DNA of 64,000 bases from positions 1,164 to 65,163 of the forward strand of contig JAUSEN010000008.1 of NCBI GenBank assembly GCA_030650025.1. The letters run 5' to 3'. Below the pieces are notes generated by a model, which was not told the DNA's origin, made no database searches, and saw only the letters and a list, made by a program, of their open reading frames with translations. Within the stretch, counting starts at the first letter, position 1. Every line of letters begins with the position of its first letter. Shown piece by piece: positions 1 to 7,629 of this stretch. The stretch is from Candidatus Magasanikiibacteriota bacterium (GTDB taxonomy: Bacteria; Patescibacteriota; Patescibacteriia; Magasanikbacterales; GWA2-37-8). A program made the position numbers and the translations under genes.

Positions 1-126
1 TCCACAAAGCGCACATTGACCACCCCCGCATTTAATTGCCATATCGCGAATCAGTCTTCTTCGCTTTTGGACAGCAATTTTTAAATAGGAGGCCCGATCA
101 GCGTATTTTCGCTTATCTTTGGTCAT
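1..126 (-). CDS. Partial CDS, N-terminal ~42 aa only; the gene continues beyond the window start. Cys-rich, zinc-ribbon-like N-terminus of a hypothetical protein.
   Basis: Minus-strand ATG at 126..124. Translation MTKDKRKYADRASYLKIAVQKRRRLIRDMAIKCGGGQCALCG runs off the window edge. Not in the ORF track because it is truncated. Contains a CGGGQCxLCG motif. Confidence 0.3.
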   Translation of the reverse strand, partial: MTKDKRKYADRASYLKIAVQKRRRLIRDMAIKCGGGQCALCG

Positions 127-149
127 GTGAAGGTCTTTATGTCCACAGC

Positions 150-380
150 CAACTGCGCTACCGCTGCGCTACCCGGGAATAAATACTAATTTTTTTCATC
201 TTCCTGCGCTATCGCGGAGTTTACCCGACTAAAGCCCCGCAGGGGCGAAGGCGGGCTACCCGGGAATACAAATAGTATTTTGTTTACTTGTGTTACGCTA
301 CCGCGGAGTTTACCCGCCGTAGGTCGCCTAAGGCGACCGCAGGTGGGCTACCCGGGAATAAAACTTGTGAAAATAGTATA
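150..380. repeat. About 2.5 tandem copies of a ~92-bp unit (CGCTAYCGCGGAGTTTACCCG ... inner GC hairpin ... GGGCTACCCGGGAATAMAA)
   Basis: GGGCTACCCGGGAATA at ~165, ~255 and ~347. GCGCTAYCGCGGAGTTTACCCG at 207 and 296. Inner hairpins differ between units: GCCCCGCAGGGGC versus GGTCGCCTAAGGCGACC. Confidence 0.6.
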
Positions 381-415
381 CAAAATTAGCCAACAAATGT
401 CAACTCAAAAATGCT

Positions 416-856
416 CTAATTGATCGCCAAAATTCTATAACTGGCCTCCCCGCTCGCTATTTTAAAAACCACTGTCTCGCCTGCTTTATGCCCAAATAAA
501 GCGTGCCCCAGGGGCGAAAGATAGGAAATAACGCCTATTTGTGGATTAGACTCCACCGAACCAAGTATCTGAAACGTTTTCTCTCGCCCCTTAACTTCTA
601 CACTCACCCGAGAACCGATCTGCACGGTATTTCCGCCTGATTTTAAATCTATAACTTCGGCATTATTTATTTGGCTGTCAAGTCGGAGAATGGCATTATT
701 AATACCGCGAAGCCTCCCCTTTGCCAGCTGGTACTCTGCGTTCTCCGAAAAATCCCCCAGTTCCGCCAGCCGCGCCACTTCGCTCGCCGCGGCTGGCCTT
801 TTGGATTTGAGCTTCTCCAATTCAAAATTTAATTCGTTTAACTTAGCCTTGGTCAT
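416..856 (-). CDS. greA: Transcription elongation factor GreA
   Basis: 146-aa product MTKAKLNELNFELEKLKSKRP...AEYQLAKGRL... with GreA N-terminal coiled-coil and C-terminal FKBP-like motifs. Start trimmed to the internal ATG at 856; the track ORF extends to 913. Confidence 0.85.
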   Translation of the reverse strand: MTKAKLNELNFELEKLKSKRPAAASEVARLAELGDFSENAEYQLAKGRLRGINNAILRLDSQINNAEVIDLKSGGNTVQIGSRVSVEVKGREKTFQILGSVESNPQIGVISYLSPLGHALFGHKAGETVVFKIASGEASYRILAIN

Positions 857-992
857 AATGGGGTCAGGCGCGAGCGAACTAAATTTTCCTGGTTTACGAT
901 AAGGAATTTGCACAAAAAATTATAATTACTAGGGGTGAGTCAAAAATAAGTTTACTTATTTTTGCGAAGCCCGACGTAATTTCAAGCTTCGC

Positions 993-2342
993 TTATAATA
1001 AACTATCATCCGCCGTCGGTTCTTTTACGCCACGGAAAACAACATCTATAATATTTTGGACGCCAAACTGGCGGCCATCCAAAAACCCACTCATGGCCGC
1101 TTCCGCTAGCCAGCCAGAGTTAACCCAGTCAAACAGCCACTCGGATGTATAACGAGGGTCGTTTTGGCTAATGCCCGCGCCAATGGTTTTAAGCCAAGTG
1201 CGGTTAAACACCTCCTGGCTACCAAGAGACGGCGCCATGATAATAGGAATGCCCAAGGCCGAATAAAACACCAACTCGCTCGGCTTTGTCCACAGGATGT
1301 CGGTCGAACGAAGGCTCTCGTTAAGAGCGCGGAAATAATCTTCTTTCTGAAGAGCAAAAATAATTTGTAAATTTTTCCCAAAAACTTTTTCTAAGCCATA
1401 ATTGCTAATGGCCTCGCGAAAATAACAATAAACATCATTGCGCGTGCCGGCTACTAAATTCACATTTATTTCGTTGGCTAACAATTTTTGACGCAGACTC
1501 CACAGCATCTGGCGGCCAATCTTTTTTTGCGCGCCCGCGCCGCCGACCGCGAAAGCCAAGGTCAGAGGGTGGTGGTGCCGCTCTTCTATTTTTATATTTT
1601 TCAAAAAATTCTTGATTGTCTCCGCGTACTTGTGGCGGTAACGGTGTTCCGGATCTAAATTAATCAAACGCTCGGCCAAATCACGCTGGAGCGTATCAAG
1701 ACCCGAGCCGCCGTCCAAATTTTCTTCTGGGAGAGGGAACCCGGTTAAAAATATATTATCTGGTTTAACGCCATAAAGCTTAAGGCGCTCTACCACCCGC
1801 CGGCACGGCGCCAGATACTTAATCCGGCTCTTTTTAGGGTGGAGCGGCGCCCAGGTACGGCTAATATCCGAATCGCAAATTACTAAATAAATATCGTTTT
1901 TAAAATCATGCTCCTCGGCCATAAAGGCGGCGGTAAAAAAAGTGGTAATCAGGGGAATGTTTTTAGTATTTAAAAGCTTTATTAAATCTTTGCCCGAGCC
2001 GCGTTTAATAATGTAATAATTCTGACGAATTTGCAAATTGGGGGCCGAGAGATCCCGCCGTGGATAAAACGCCGGCACTTCTTGAAATTTGTCCATTAAA
2101 CCAAACAGCCACCCGCCAATGAAGGGCACGTTGGACAGGCGAGAAAAAGTCTCATACAAGCGCTGGGTGGCTTGCCAGCCGCGGTATTCTTTTTTCGAGA
2201 TGCCTTCGTAATTATTGGCGTTAATAACCTTGCCGGTCGGCGATAAATGCCGGAGCGGGTACGCCGCCCGCTGGTGGCCATAACCCATGTCAACCACCAC
2301 CACCCAGGCTTCGTGATTAGAATTTTTCTGCTCCATATTCAT
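993..2342 (-). CDS. GT-B fold glycosyltransferase, MurG/UgtP/MGDG-synthase-like (GT28-type)
   Basis: N-terminal VVVVDMGYGHQRAA (G-x-G-H nucleotide-sugar loop). C-terminal IPIIMAPSLGSQEVFNRTWL resembles the MurG/UgtP C-domain motif. Family call is by motif only. Confidence 0.5.
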   Translation of the reverse strand: MNMEQKNSNHEAWVVVVDMGYGHQRAAYPLRHLSPTGKVINANNYEGISKKEYRGWQATQRLYETFSRLSNVPFIGGWLFGLMDKFQEVPAFYPRRDLSAPNLQIRQNYYIIKRGSGKDLIKLLNTKNIPLITTFFTAAFMAEEHDFKNDIYLVICDSDISRTWAPLHPKKSRIKYLAPCRRVVERLKLYGVKPDNIFLTGFPLPEENLDGGSGLDTLQRDLAERLINLDPEHRYRHKYAETIKNFLKNIKIEERHHHPLTLAFAVGGAGAQKKIGRQMLWSLRQKLLANEINVNLVAGTRNDVYCYFREAISNYGLEKVFGKNLQIIFALQKEDYFRALNESLRSTDILWTKPSELVFYSALGIPIIMAPSLGSQEVFNRTWLKTIGAGISQNDPRYTSEWLFDWVNSGWLAEAAMSGFLDGRQFGVQNIIDVVFRGVKEPTADDSLL

Positions 2343-2350
2343 AATCTCAG

Positions 2351-2442
2351 TGTCATCTTGAGGCGAAGCCGAAAGATCTAAGCGTTATTAATTTTCGAAC
2401 GTCGCTTAGATTCTTCTCCGCCTGCGGCGGATCAGAATGACA
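2351..2442. mobile_element. 92-bp MITE-like element with TGTCAT...ATGACA terminal inverted repeats and an internal AGATCTAAGCG/CGCTTAGATCT inverted repeat
   Basis: tgtcatcttgaggcgaagccgaaagatctaagcg...cgcttagattc...cagaatgaca. A related fragment is at 38873-38906, and the same TGTCAT termini occur at 21090-21193. Confidence 0.5.
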
Positions 2443-2449
2443 AAAAATA

Positions 2450-3154
2450 TTAAAATTTAACTCTTTTATTTACCGCCCACAAAAAACCCATGCGCTTATC
2501 AAATTTAGAGGGAAAAATTCGCACGCCAAAACCATGCTCTCGCATTTTCCGCTCTATCCACTCGTAATTATTTTGCCCATAATTATGATACTCCATGATA
2601 ATGGCCCCAATATTCCCAAAATCTTCAGGAGTCGCGCCGGCAAAAACTTCATACTCGCCGCCCTCAATATCCATTTTAATTAGCGCCAATTTTCCTGATT
2701 GCGAAAATTTAATCAAATCTGCCAAACTATAAACTTTTACCGGGATCTCGCCCTCATTTAATTTACCGCGCTTGGATAAAAGCAGTTCGTGATTATGGCT
2801 ATCCGGTGAGAGCTTTAAGACGCCCTCCCCGCTGGCGCGCGCCAGCGCGCCCGCCACTATCCTTACACCGCTAATATTATTCTCGTTCAAATGCTTTTTT
2901 AAAAAAATTAAATTATTCGCTTCCGGCTCCAGAGCCGCCACTTCAACAGCCGGATTAATTGCCTTGGCATACAACGTAAAAAAACCCGCGTGCGCGCCCA
3001 CATCCGCGATGGCAAATTTTGCCTTCTCTATCACCGCCGCGCAAATTCGGTATTCCTCTAACTTAAAAATCTCGGCTACAACGCTTTTGTCCGCTTCGTC
3101 TCTTGTGTAAATAACCAAACTTCGGCCTCTAAATTTAATCAGGCTTTTTTGCAT
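2450..3154 (-). CDS. FkbM-family SAM-dependent methyltransferase
   Basis: DVGAHAGFFT (FkbM DiGAniG motif) and MDIEGGEYEVF (KiDvEGaE motif). Start set at the internal ATG at 3154. Confidence 0.7.
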   Translation of the reverse strand: MQKSLIKFRGRSLVIYTRDEADKSVVAEIFKLEEYRICAAVIEKAKFAIADVGAHAGFFTLYAKAINPAVEVAALEPEANNLIFLKKHLNENNISGVRIVAGALARASGEGVLKLSPDSHNHELLLSKRGKLNEGEIPVKVYSLADLIKFSQSGKLALIKMDIEGGEYEVFAGATPEDFGNIGAIIMEYHNYGQNNYEWIERKMREHGFGVRIFPSKFDKRMGFLWAVNKRVKF

Positions 3155-3189
3155 ATTAGTATTATAGCAGAATAACAAAAACAAAAAAA

Positions 3190-3227
3190 GACCGCCGGTT
3201 AAGGTGGTCTTTTGTGATAATTCTAGT
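3190..3227 (-). terminator. Intrinsic terminator after rpsI
   Basis: Minus strand: AAGACCACCttaaCCGGCGGTCTT hairpin followed by TTTTTGTTTTTG. Confidence 0.6.
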
Positions 3228-3635
3228 TTAGCGTTTGCTCCACTGCGGGCCGCGGCGGGCTTTTTTGAGGCCGGGTTTCTTGCGTTCTTTAATGCGGGCG
3301 TCTCGCGTCAAAAACCTCTGCGTCTTCATGGTTTTGCGCCAGTCTTCATTCCAAATCACCAAGGCGCGCGCGATCCCAAGCTGAACCGCTTCGGCCTGGC
3401 CATGCTTGCCGCCGCCCACCACTTTAGCGGAAATATCCAAATCTTTTTCTTTCGCCACTGCTTTTAAAGGCGACATCACTAAACTTTGCAAAGTAAAATG
3501 CGGAAAATACTTGTTCAATTCTTCGCCATTGATAGTAATTTTTCCAGAACCTTTAGTGAGACGCACGCGCGCCGACGCTCGCTTCCGGCGACCGACAGTC
3601 TGCAAACGATCTTTGGATCCAATAATCTTAGTCAT
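3228..3635 (-). CDS. rpsI: 30S ribosomal protein S9
   Basis: Product ends ...LKKARRGPQWSKR; clear S9 family sequence. Confidence 0.95.
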   Translation of the reverse strand: MTKIIGSKDRLQTVGRRKRASARVRLTKGSGKITINGEELNKYFPHFTLQSLVMSPLKAVAKEKDLDISAKVVGGGKHGQAEAVQLGIARALVIWNEDWRKTMKTQRFLTRDARIKERKKPGLKKARRGPQWSKR

Positions 3636-3666
3636 ATTATTTATTCTGATTTATTCGAAATCATCA

Positions 3667-4026
3667 TTATTTAACAAATCGCAAACGCTTCAAACGCGCG
3701 GTGCGGAACTTATTGCGCGGGAGCATTTTAGAAACCGCGTGCTTAATAACAAACTCGGGCTTTTCACGAATAACCATGTTAGCCGGAATTTCCTTAAGCC
3801 CGCCCGGGTGCATGGAATGATGGCGATAAACTTTTTGCGCCGCCTTCTTGCCGGTAAACACCGCCTGGTCAGCATTGGTTACTGTAACGCGGTCACCCAT
3901 ATCCCACTGCGGAACATAGCTAACTTTATGCTTGCCAATTAAAATTTGGGCAATCTGTGTTGCTAAGCGCCCGGGAGTATTACCAGCCGCATCAAGAGCG
4001 ATTGTTTTACGAGAAACTCGAGACAT
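3667..4026 (-). CDS. rplM: 50S ribosomal protein L13
   Basis: MSRVSRKTIALDAAGNTPGRLATQIAQIL...; typical L13. Confidence 0.95.
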   Translation of the reverse strand: MSRVSRKTIALDAAGNTPGRLATQIAQILIGKHKVSYVPQWDMGDRVTVTNADQAVFTGKKAAQKVYRHHSMHPGGLKEIPANMVIREKPEFVIKHAVSKMLPRNKFRTARLKRLRFVK

Positions 4027-4032
4027 AATTAT

Positions 4033-4383
4033 TTAGATAAATTCTATCACGGCTGTCTGGCTGCCATCCCCTTTACGCGGGCCGAGCATGGTCAACCTGG
4101 TGTAGCCGCCTTTCCGATCTTTATAGCGTGGGCCCAAAACTTCCATCAGCTTCTTGACAGCTTTATCAGTATGGAGATCAGCCCGGAGCAGGCGGCGAGC
4201 CGCCAGCGTATTATTCTTGGCCGACGTTACCAGCCTTTCCACTCGGCTCTGCGCGGCTTTCGCTTTCGCCTTGGTAGTTTTAATTTTTTCGTGCAAAATC
4301 AAGCTCTCGGCCAAATTGCGAAGCAAGGCCGTGCGCGGCCCAACCTTCCGATCTAGAGTAATTTTCTTTTTTTGATGCCGCAT
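4033..4383 (-). CDS. rplQ: 50S ribosomal protein L17
   Basis: MRHQKKKITLDRKVGPRTALLRNLAESLILHEKIKTT... matches the L17 N-terminus. Start trimmed to the ATG at 4383; the track ORF extends into the shared leader repeat. Confidence 0.9.
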   Translation of the reverse strand: MRHQKKKITLDRKVGPRTALLRNLAESLILHEKIKTTKAKAKAAQSRVERLVTSAKNNTLAARRLLRADLHTDKAVKKLMEVLGPRYKDRKGGYTRLTMLGPRKGDGSQTAVIEFI

Positions 4384-4430
4384 ACGATTTGACAAAATCG
4401 TGCCGCGCAATGTCCTTTGAAGCGCGGCGC
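4384..4430 (-). promoter_or_regulatory. Conserved two-hairpin 5' leader motif directly abutting the rplQ start codon
   Basis: Minus strand reads GCGCCGCGC-TTCAAAGGACATT-GCGCGGCAC (hairpin 1), then CGATTT-TGTC-AAATCG (hairpin 2), then T-ATG. A near-identical copy is upstream of rpsM and a compensated copy upstream of mraZ. TAAATTAAATAAT lies just 5'. Confidence 0.5.
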
Positions 4431-4442
4431 AAATTATTTAAT

Positions 4443-5288
4443 TTACTTCTTGCTTGCCTTTTTAACCTTGGCTTTCGCTTTCTTTTCCTTTTTTTCTGTT
4501 TTAGCGGCCTCTTCATCCGGGCTAGCCTCTTCAGCGGTTATTTCGGGAATAGCGGCGGCCTCCACTGTTTCGCGCGTGAATACTTCCGTGGCGCTAGCTT
4601 GTTCCACTGACTCGGAAATTACCGTAAAATGATCCATCAATATTTGCGTAGCCTGACGCAAAGCTTCACGCGGGCTGATTGTACCGTTGGTTTCGATATT
4701 AATAGTCAATTTCTCGTAGTTAGTGATGTCGCCAACGCGAGTGTACTCCACGTGATAACCAACATCCTTAACCGGTGTATAGACTGAATCTACCACCATA
4801 GTGCCAAGGTCATAATTCTTGCGATCTTTTTCCTCAACCGGCCTATAACCACGGCCTTTGCCAACCACAATTTCCATTTCGAAAATTTTGTTGCTTGTTA
4901 AATTGCAAATCACTAAATTCTTGTTAGCCACTTCCACGTCCGAATTCTTTTCAATATCCGCGGCTGTCACCGGGCCTGGGCCTTTTTTTACCAAATTCAA
5001 TTTGACCGGCTCGTCCGAAAATACTTTCACTGCCAGTTGCTTTAAATTAAGCATTATTTCCACGATATCTTCCTTCACGCCTTCGGCCGTGGTAAATTCG
5101 TGCTCGACGCCTTTGATTTTAAAATATTCTACCGCCGAACCCGGGAGAGAGGACAATAAAACGCGGCGATAAGCATTGCCAAGCGTCGTGGCGTAGCCAT
5201 GATAACACGGCATCACCACCACGGAACCAAGGCTCGGTGTGTCGCCTTCAAAAAATTCGATTTTAGATGGCAAGAGAAAATTTTCCAT
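4443..5288 (-). CDS. rpoA: DNA-directed RNA polymerase subunit alpha, N-terminal (assembly) domain only; no alpha-CTD
   Basis: Alpha-NTD is conserved through ...ALRQATQILMDHF. The protein then ends in a 45-aa acidic/Lys-rich tail (EEAAKTEKKEKKAKAKVKKASKK) instead of the ~80-aa alpha-CTD. Confidence 0.9.
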   Translation of the reverse strand: MENFLLPSKIEFFEGDTPSLGSVVVMPCYHGYATTLGNAYRRVLLSSLPGSAVEYFKIKGVEHEFTTAEGVKEDIVEIMLNLKQLAVKVFSDEPVKLNLVKKGPGPVTAADIEKNSDVEVANKNLVICNLTSNKIFEMEIVVGKGRGYRPVEEKDRKNYDLGTMVVDSVYTPVKDVGYHVEYTRVGDITNYEKLTINIETNGTISPREALRQATQILMDHFTVISESVEQASATEVFTRETVEAAAIPEITAEEASPDEEAAKTEKKEKKAKAKVKKASKK

Positions 5289-5324
5289 ATGGCTTTAAAT
5301 TTACCCTCCCTAAAATTGGGAAAA

Positions 5325-5933
5325 TTAACGTGAATAAAAACCGATGATGGCGTTCGCATCAAAATTAGGCAATTCCACGGTCGGCAGATTCAAAACTTTT
5401 GCCGAGAGTTTAGTGGCGTCAACATTGACCCAAGCCGGTAAATCTTTTTTAGCGATAGTCTCGGATAAATCCGTAAATAATTTGCTCTTTTTGGCAGGCT
5501 CGGCCACGGCGACAATTTCGCCAACGCGCACTCGGTACGACGGAATATCGAGCTTTTTGCCATTAACCGTGATATGGCCGTGGGAAACGGCTTGGCGCGC
5601 CGCGGCTCGCGAAGGCGCGAACCCCGCGCGATACGCCACATTGTCCAAACGAGATTCCAAATATTGCACCAAAAATTTACTGGTATCACCGGTTTTTTTG
5701 GAAGCCTCGGCCACATAATTAGAAAACTGCTTTTCTAAAATACCGTACAACTTTTTGGCTTTTTGCTTTTCGCGCAACTGCTTGCCAAAAGAAGAGAGTT
5801 TGGCGCGCTTCCTCGCTAAGCCGTGCTGGCCAGAGGGAAAATTGCGTTTCATTACCGGGCATTTTGGGCTATCGCAAAGCTTCTCGCCCCACAGGCGGCA
5901 AAGTTTATGTTTCGGTCCAATTAATCGTGCCAT
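5325..5933 (-). CDS. rpsD: 30S ribosomal protein S4
   Basis: MARLIGPKHKLCRLWGEKL... C4 zinc-type S4 N-terminus; S4 domain ...GHITVNGKK. Confidence 0.95.
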   Translation of the reverse strand: MARLIGPKHKLCRLWGEKLCDSPKCPVMKRNFPSGQHGLARKRAKLSSFGKQLREKQKAKKLYGILEKQFSNYVAEASKKTGDTSKFLVQYLESRLDNVAYRAGFAPSRAAARQAVSHGHITVNGKKLDIPSYRVRVGEIVAVAEPAKKSKLFTDLSETIAKKDLPAWVNVDATKLSAKVLNLPTVELPNFDANAIIGFYSR

Positions 5934-5957
5934 GCAATCTATTAATTATTATTTAAA

Positions 5958-6401
5958 TTAAACGCGCCGTCTCTTCGGCGGGCGGCAACCATTGTGTGGA
6001 ATAGGAGTCACATCCGCAATTCCCAAGATATTCAAACCATTGGCATGAAGCGCGCGGATCGCGGATTCGCGGCCGCCGCCAATACCTTTAACAAATACCG
6101 ACACTTCTTTAACATTATATCCGGCAATCTTGGTGAGCAAATCTTTCACTACCATGCTGGCGGCATACGGCGTGGCTTTCTTCGGGCCTTTAAAACCAGA
6201 GACGCCCGCGCTGGACCAGCCCAAAACATTGCCATTCGGATCAGTAATTGTAATAATAGTGTTATTAAAAGTGGCTTGCACGTAAGCGTTGCCTCGCGGC
6301 ACTTGGCGCGACACTGTTTTCTTTTTCACAACCTTAACCGGAGCGCCGGCCGCGGGCGCAGCGTTATTGCTGGCGGTTGGTTTTAAATTTTGTTCAGCCA
6401 T
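5958..6401 (-). CDS. rpsK: 30S ribosomal protein S11
   Basis: ...[30 protein letters not shown]...KRRRV; typical S11. Confidence 0.95.
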   Translation of the reverse strand: MAEQNLKPTASNNAAPAAGAPVKVVKKKTVSRQVPRGNAYVQATFNNTIITITDPNGNVLGWSSAGVSGFKGPKKATPYAASMVVKDLLTKIAGYNVKEVSVFVKGIGGGRESAIRALHANGLNILGIADVTPIPHNGCRPPKRRRV

Positions 6402-6406
6402 ATTTA

Positions 6407-6793
6407 TTAAGTTTTTTGCCCGTCGGGTTTGCGGCCGCTACCCATGGTCTTGCGAACATTGCCCCTAACCGTGCGGGAGTTAGTTTTGGTGCGCTGGCCG
6501 CGAACTGGCAAATGCTTCATGTGGCGAATGCCGCGGTAGCTCTTGGTATCTTTCAAAGTTTTGATATTACTCATTATTTCGCGGCGCAAATCGCCTTCGG
6601 TCTTAAAATTCTTCTCAACATATGCCCGCAGGGTATCTTCTTGTTCATTGGTCAAATCCTTGGTGCGGATATTGCCGTCAATCTTAGTAGCCACTAAGAT
6701 TTTTTTTGCCAGCGTTGCGCCAATGCCAAAAATATAACGCAGTGAAAACTCGATCTTCTTTTCCTCTGGTATGTTAGTACTGGCAATACGCAT
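6407..6793 (-). CDS. rpsM: 30S ribosomal protein S13
   Basis: [25 protein letters not shown]... Start trimmed to the ATG at 6793; the track ORF extends into the leader repeat. Confidence 0.9.
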   Translation of the reverse strand: MRIASTNIPEEKKIEFSLRYIFGIGATLAKKILVATKIDGNIRTKDLTNEQEDTLRAYVEKNFKTEGDLRREIMSNIKTLKDTKSYRGIRHMKHLPVRGQRTKTNSRTVRGNVRKTMGSGRKPDGQKT

Positions 6794-6840
6794 ACGATTT
6801 AACAAAATCGTGCCGCGCAATGTCCTTTGAGGCGCGGCGC
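6794..6840 (-). promoter_or_regulatory. Second copy of the two-hairpin leader motif, abutting the rpsM start
   Basis: GCGCCGCGCC-TCAAAGGACATT-GCGCGGCAC-GATTTTGTTAAATCG-T-ATG. TTAGATTAAATTAA lies immediately 5'. Confidence 0.5.
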
Positions 6841-6850
6841 TTAATTTAAT

Positions 6851-6964
6851 CTAACCTTGGCGTTGGTTATGTTTTCTAGTTTCGCAAATAACATGCACTC
6901 GGCCTTTGCGGCGCACTATCTTACACTTCATGCAAATTTTCTTAACCGAGGCTTTGACTTTCAT
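6851..6964 (-). CDS. rpmJ: 50S ribosomal protein L36
   Basis: Hand-translated 37 aa [37 protein letters not shown], with the C-x2-C...C-x-H L36 zinc ribbon. Below the ORF-track length cutoff. Confidence 0.85.
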   Translation of the reverse strand: MKVKASVKKICMKCKIVRRKGRVHVICETRKHNQRQG

Positions 6965-7183
6965 GTGATTTTATAAATGATTCTTCTGCAACCAAGTTAT
7001 CCGCCTTCGGCGGATTCATAACTGACAAGAAATTTTATTCGCCCACTACGTGGTCTCTAAAATTTCTGTCGTTATGAAAAAATACCAACCACTGCCGCGA
7101 TATCGTAGCCCGCGCAGCGCTGCCACAGACCAATTATCATTGGGCAGACGTTCGCCGTGCTCCACCGCACTGGTTGATATTAT

Positions 7184-7399
7184 TTAGTAACGAAATGTAA
7201 TCCTTCCTTTGCTCAAGTCGTAGGGCGTCATCACAACTTTTACCTTATCACCTACCGCGAGCCGAATGCGATTCAAACGCATTTTACCGGCCAAGTGCGC
7301 GATAATCATTTGGCCACTTTCGAGCTGTACTCGAAATGTCCCGGCTGGCAACATTTCTTCTACCACGCCCACTAATTCTATTACGTCTTTGTTCGACAT
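7184..7399 (-). CDS. infA: Translation initiation factor IF-1
   Basis: 71 aa, S1-like OB fold: ...[36 protein letters not shown]... Confidence 0.95.
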   Translation of the reverse strand: MSNKDVIELVGVVEEMLPAGTFRVQLESGQMIIAHLAGKMRLNRIRLAVGDKVKVVMTPYDLSKGRITFRY

Positions 7400-7592
7400 T
7401 CAAGAAAATTTAACTGGACACTATTTTAAACTAAATCCTGGGTTCTGTCAAGGGCGTGCCTTTTTTTACATTGGCAGCTTTTGAGTAACCACAAAATTTC
7501 GCTTATTTTAGCCTAAATAAATAAAAAACTAACATAGCCGCTAGCGACTTTTTGATAAATACATCATACCACAAGCATGACTTATTCACAAC

Positions 7593-7629
7593 GTAGGGGC
7601 ATGGTCGCATGGGGCGACCTTGCCCCTAC
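7593..7629. repeat. Palindrome GTAGGGGCATG...CATGCCCCTAC overlapping the alaS stop; member of a recurring palindrome family
   Basis: gtaggggcatggtcgcatggggcgaccttgcccctac. The same arms flank GGGGCATGATATATCATGCCCC at 28788-28817 and 37235-37260. Confidence 0.5.

Noticed and set aside
150-380. Possible CRISPR array (regularly spaced repeats)
   Set aside because: The units are ~92 bp with variable internal hairpins. They do not follow the short-repeat / unique-spacer pattern of a CRISPR array. No cas genes are nearby.
4384-4410. N-terminal extensions MRGTIL(S/L)NR on rplQ and rpsM, and MGKSGENAC... on mraZ, in the ORF track
   Set aside because: The shared MRGTIL peptide is the translation of the repeated leader element. 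Canonical L17, S13 and MraZ N-termini begin at internal ATGs (4383, 6793, 36965/36947).
6965-7183. 220-bp gap between infA and rpmJ containing the hairpin ATCCGCCTTCGGCGGAT: possible sRNA or tRNA
   Set aside because: There is no tRNA-like cloverleaf or T-arm consensus. The hairpin lacks a U-tract. Without expression data nothing can be called.
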